From Eledone cirrhosa (taxonomy: Eukaryota): DNA of 64,000 bases. Position numbers and translations under genes: made by a program. Below are positions 63,322-64,000 of this stretch, piece after piece. Location: NCBI GenBank assembly GCA_964016885.1, contig OZ024742.1, positions 95,108,001 through 95,172,000 on the forward strand, in the 5' to 3' direction. Positions within the stretch are counted from its first letter, which is position 1; each line of letters opens with the position of its first letter. The notes beneath the pieces were generated by a model. It worked only from the letters and a program-made list of their open reading frames with translations, made no database searches and was not told the DNA's origin.

Positions 63322-64000
63322 TGTTTCTACCTTTGGCACAAGGCCAGCAATTATCCCAGTGTATTACTGGTACTTTATTTTATCGACCCTGTAAGCATGA
63401 AAGGCAAAGTTAACCTCAGCGGGATTTGAACTCAGAATGGCAAGGGCCATAACTCAATGGATCAAAGCATATTGTCTGACCCTTTACCGATACTGCCAAT
63501 CCACCGCCCTAATAACAATAATAATTGTTTCTACGTTTGGCACAAGGCCAGCAATTATCCCAGTGTATTACTGGTACTTTATTTTATCGACCCCCGTAAG
63601 GATGAAAGGCAAAGTTAACCTCAGCGGGATTTGAACTCAGATAATAAAGGGCCGTAACTCTATGTTGCAAAGCATGTTGTCCGATGCCCTACCAATACTA
63701 CCAATAATAATAATAATAATAATAATTGTGTCTGATTTAGGAACAAAGCGAGTAATTTGAAGTGGGGGGAAATTTGATTAAATCAATCCCAGTGTATTAC
63801 TGGTACTTTATTTTCACGACCCCATAAGGATGAAAGGCAAAGCTAACCATGGTGGGATTTGAAATGAGAGTGTAAAGTACTGTACTTTTATAATAATAAT
63901 TAAAATAATGATGATGATGATGATGATGATTTATAACGATTATTATTGGATTGGCAGTATCGGTAGAGTCGGACACCATGCTTTGCAGCATAGAGTTACG
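63322..64000. mobile_element. Stack of SINE-A copies (63322-63509 -, 63526-63703 -, ~63727-63880 -, ~63947-64000 +)
   Basis: 16-bp TSD taataacaataataat at 63306-63321 and 63510-63525; (AAT)n spacers. Confidence 0.9.

Noticed and set aside
63306-63730. CRISPR-like repeat-spacer pattern
   Set aside because: Tandem SINE copies separated by AAT tails and TSDs; eukaryotic context, no cas genes.

Overview
AT-rich, microsatellite-laden animal genomic DNA that looks intronic or intergenic. The tRNA-derived SINE families and RTE LINEs resemble octopus repeats (inference). No host protein-coding gene can be named; one 99-nt exon-like segment (34951-35049, minus strand) is the best candidate. Almost all ORFs belong to transposons: two young, inverted RTE LINE copies (129-3512 -, ~50600-53930 +), a CR1-type LINE, Expander/Rex3-type RTE remnants, a Penelope-like element, a Tx1/L1-clade LINE with both ends present (54540-59771 -), an R4/Dong-type RLE LINE (60013-63305 +), four Helitron derivatives, hAT/piggyBac/mariner-like remnants and many SINEs. 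Most notable: (1) a Tx1 LINE and an (ATT)n-tailed SINE share a spaced 3'-terminal motif and an ATTAT target, and they stack with a Dong-like element in one (TAA)n hub; (2) a PHD-type C4HC3 zinc finger sits inside the RTE reverse transcriptase; (3) a SINE insertion carries, within its TSD, two inverted copies of nearby DNA; (4) a tail-less RTE fragment was apparently copied locally into a SINE; (5) tandem and chimeric Helitrons have atypical 3' hairpins.
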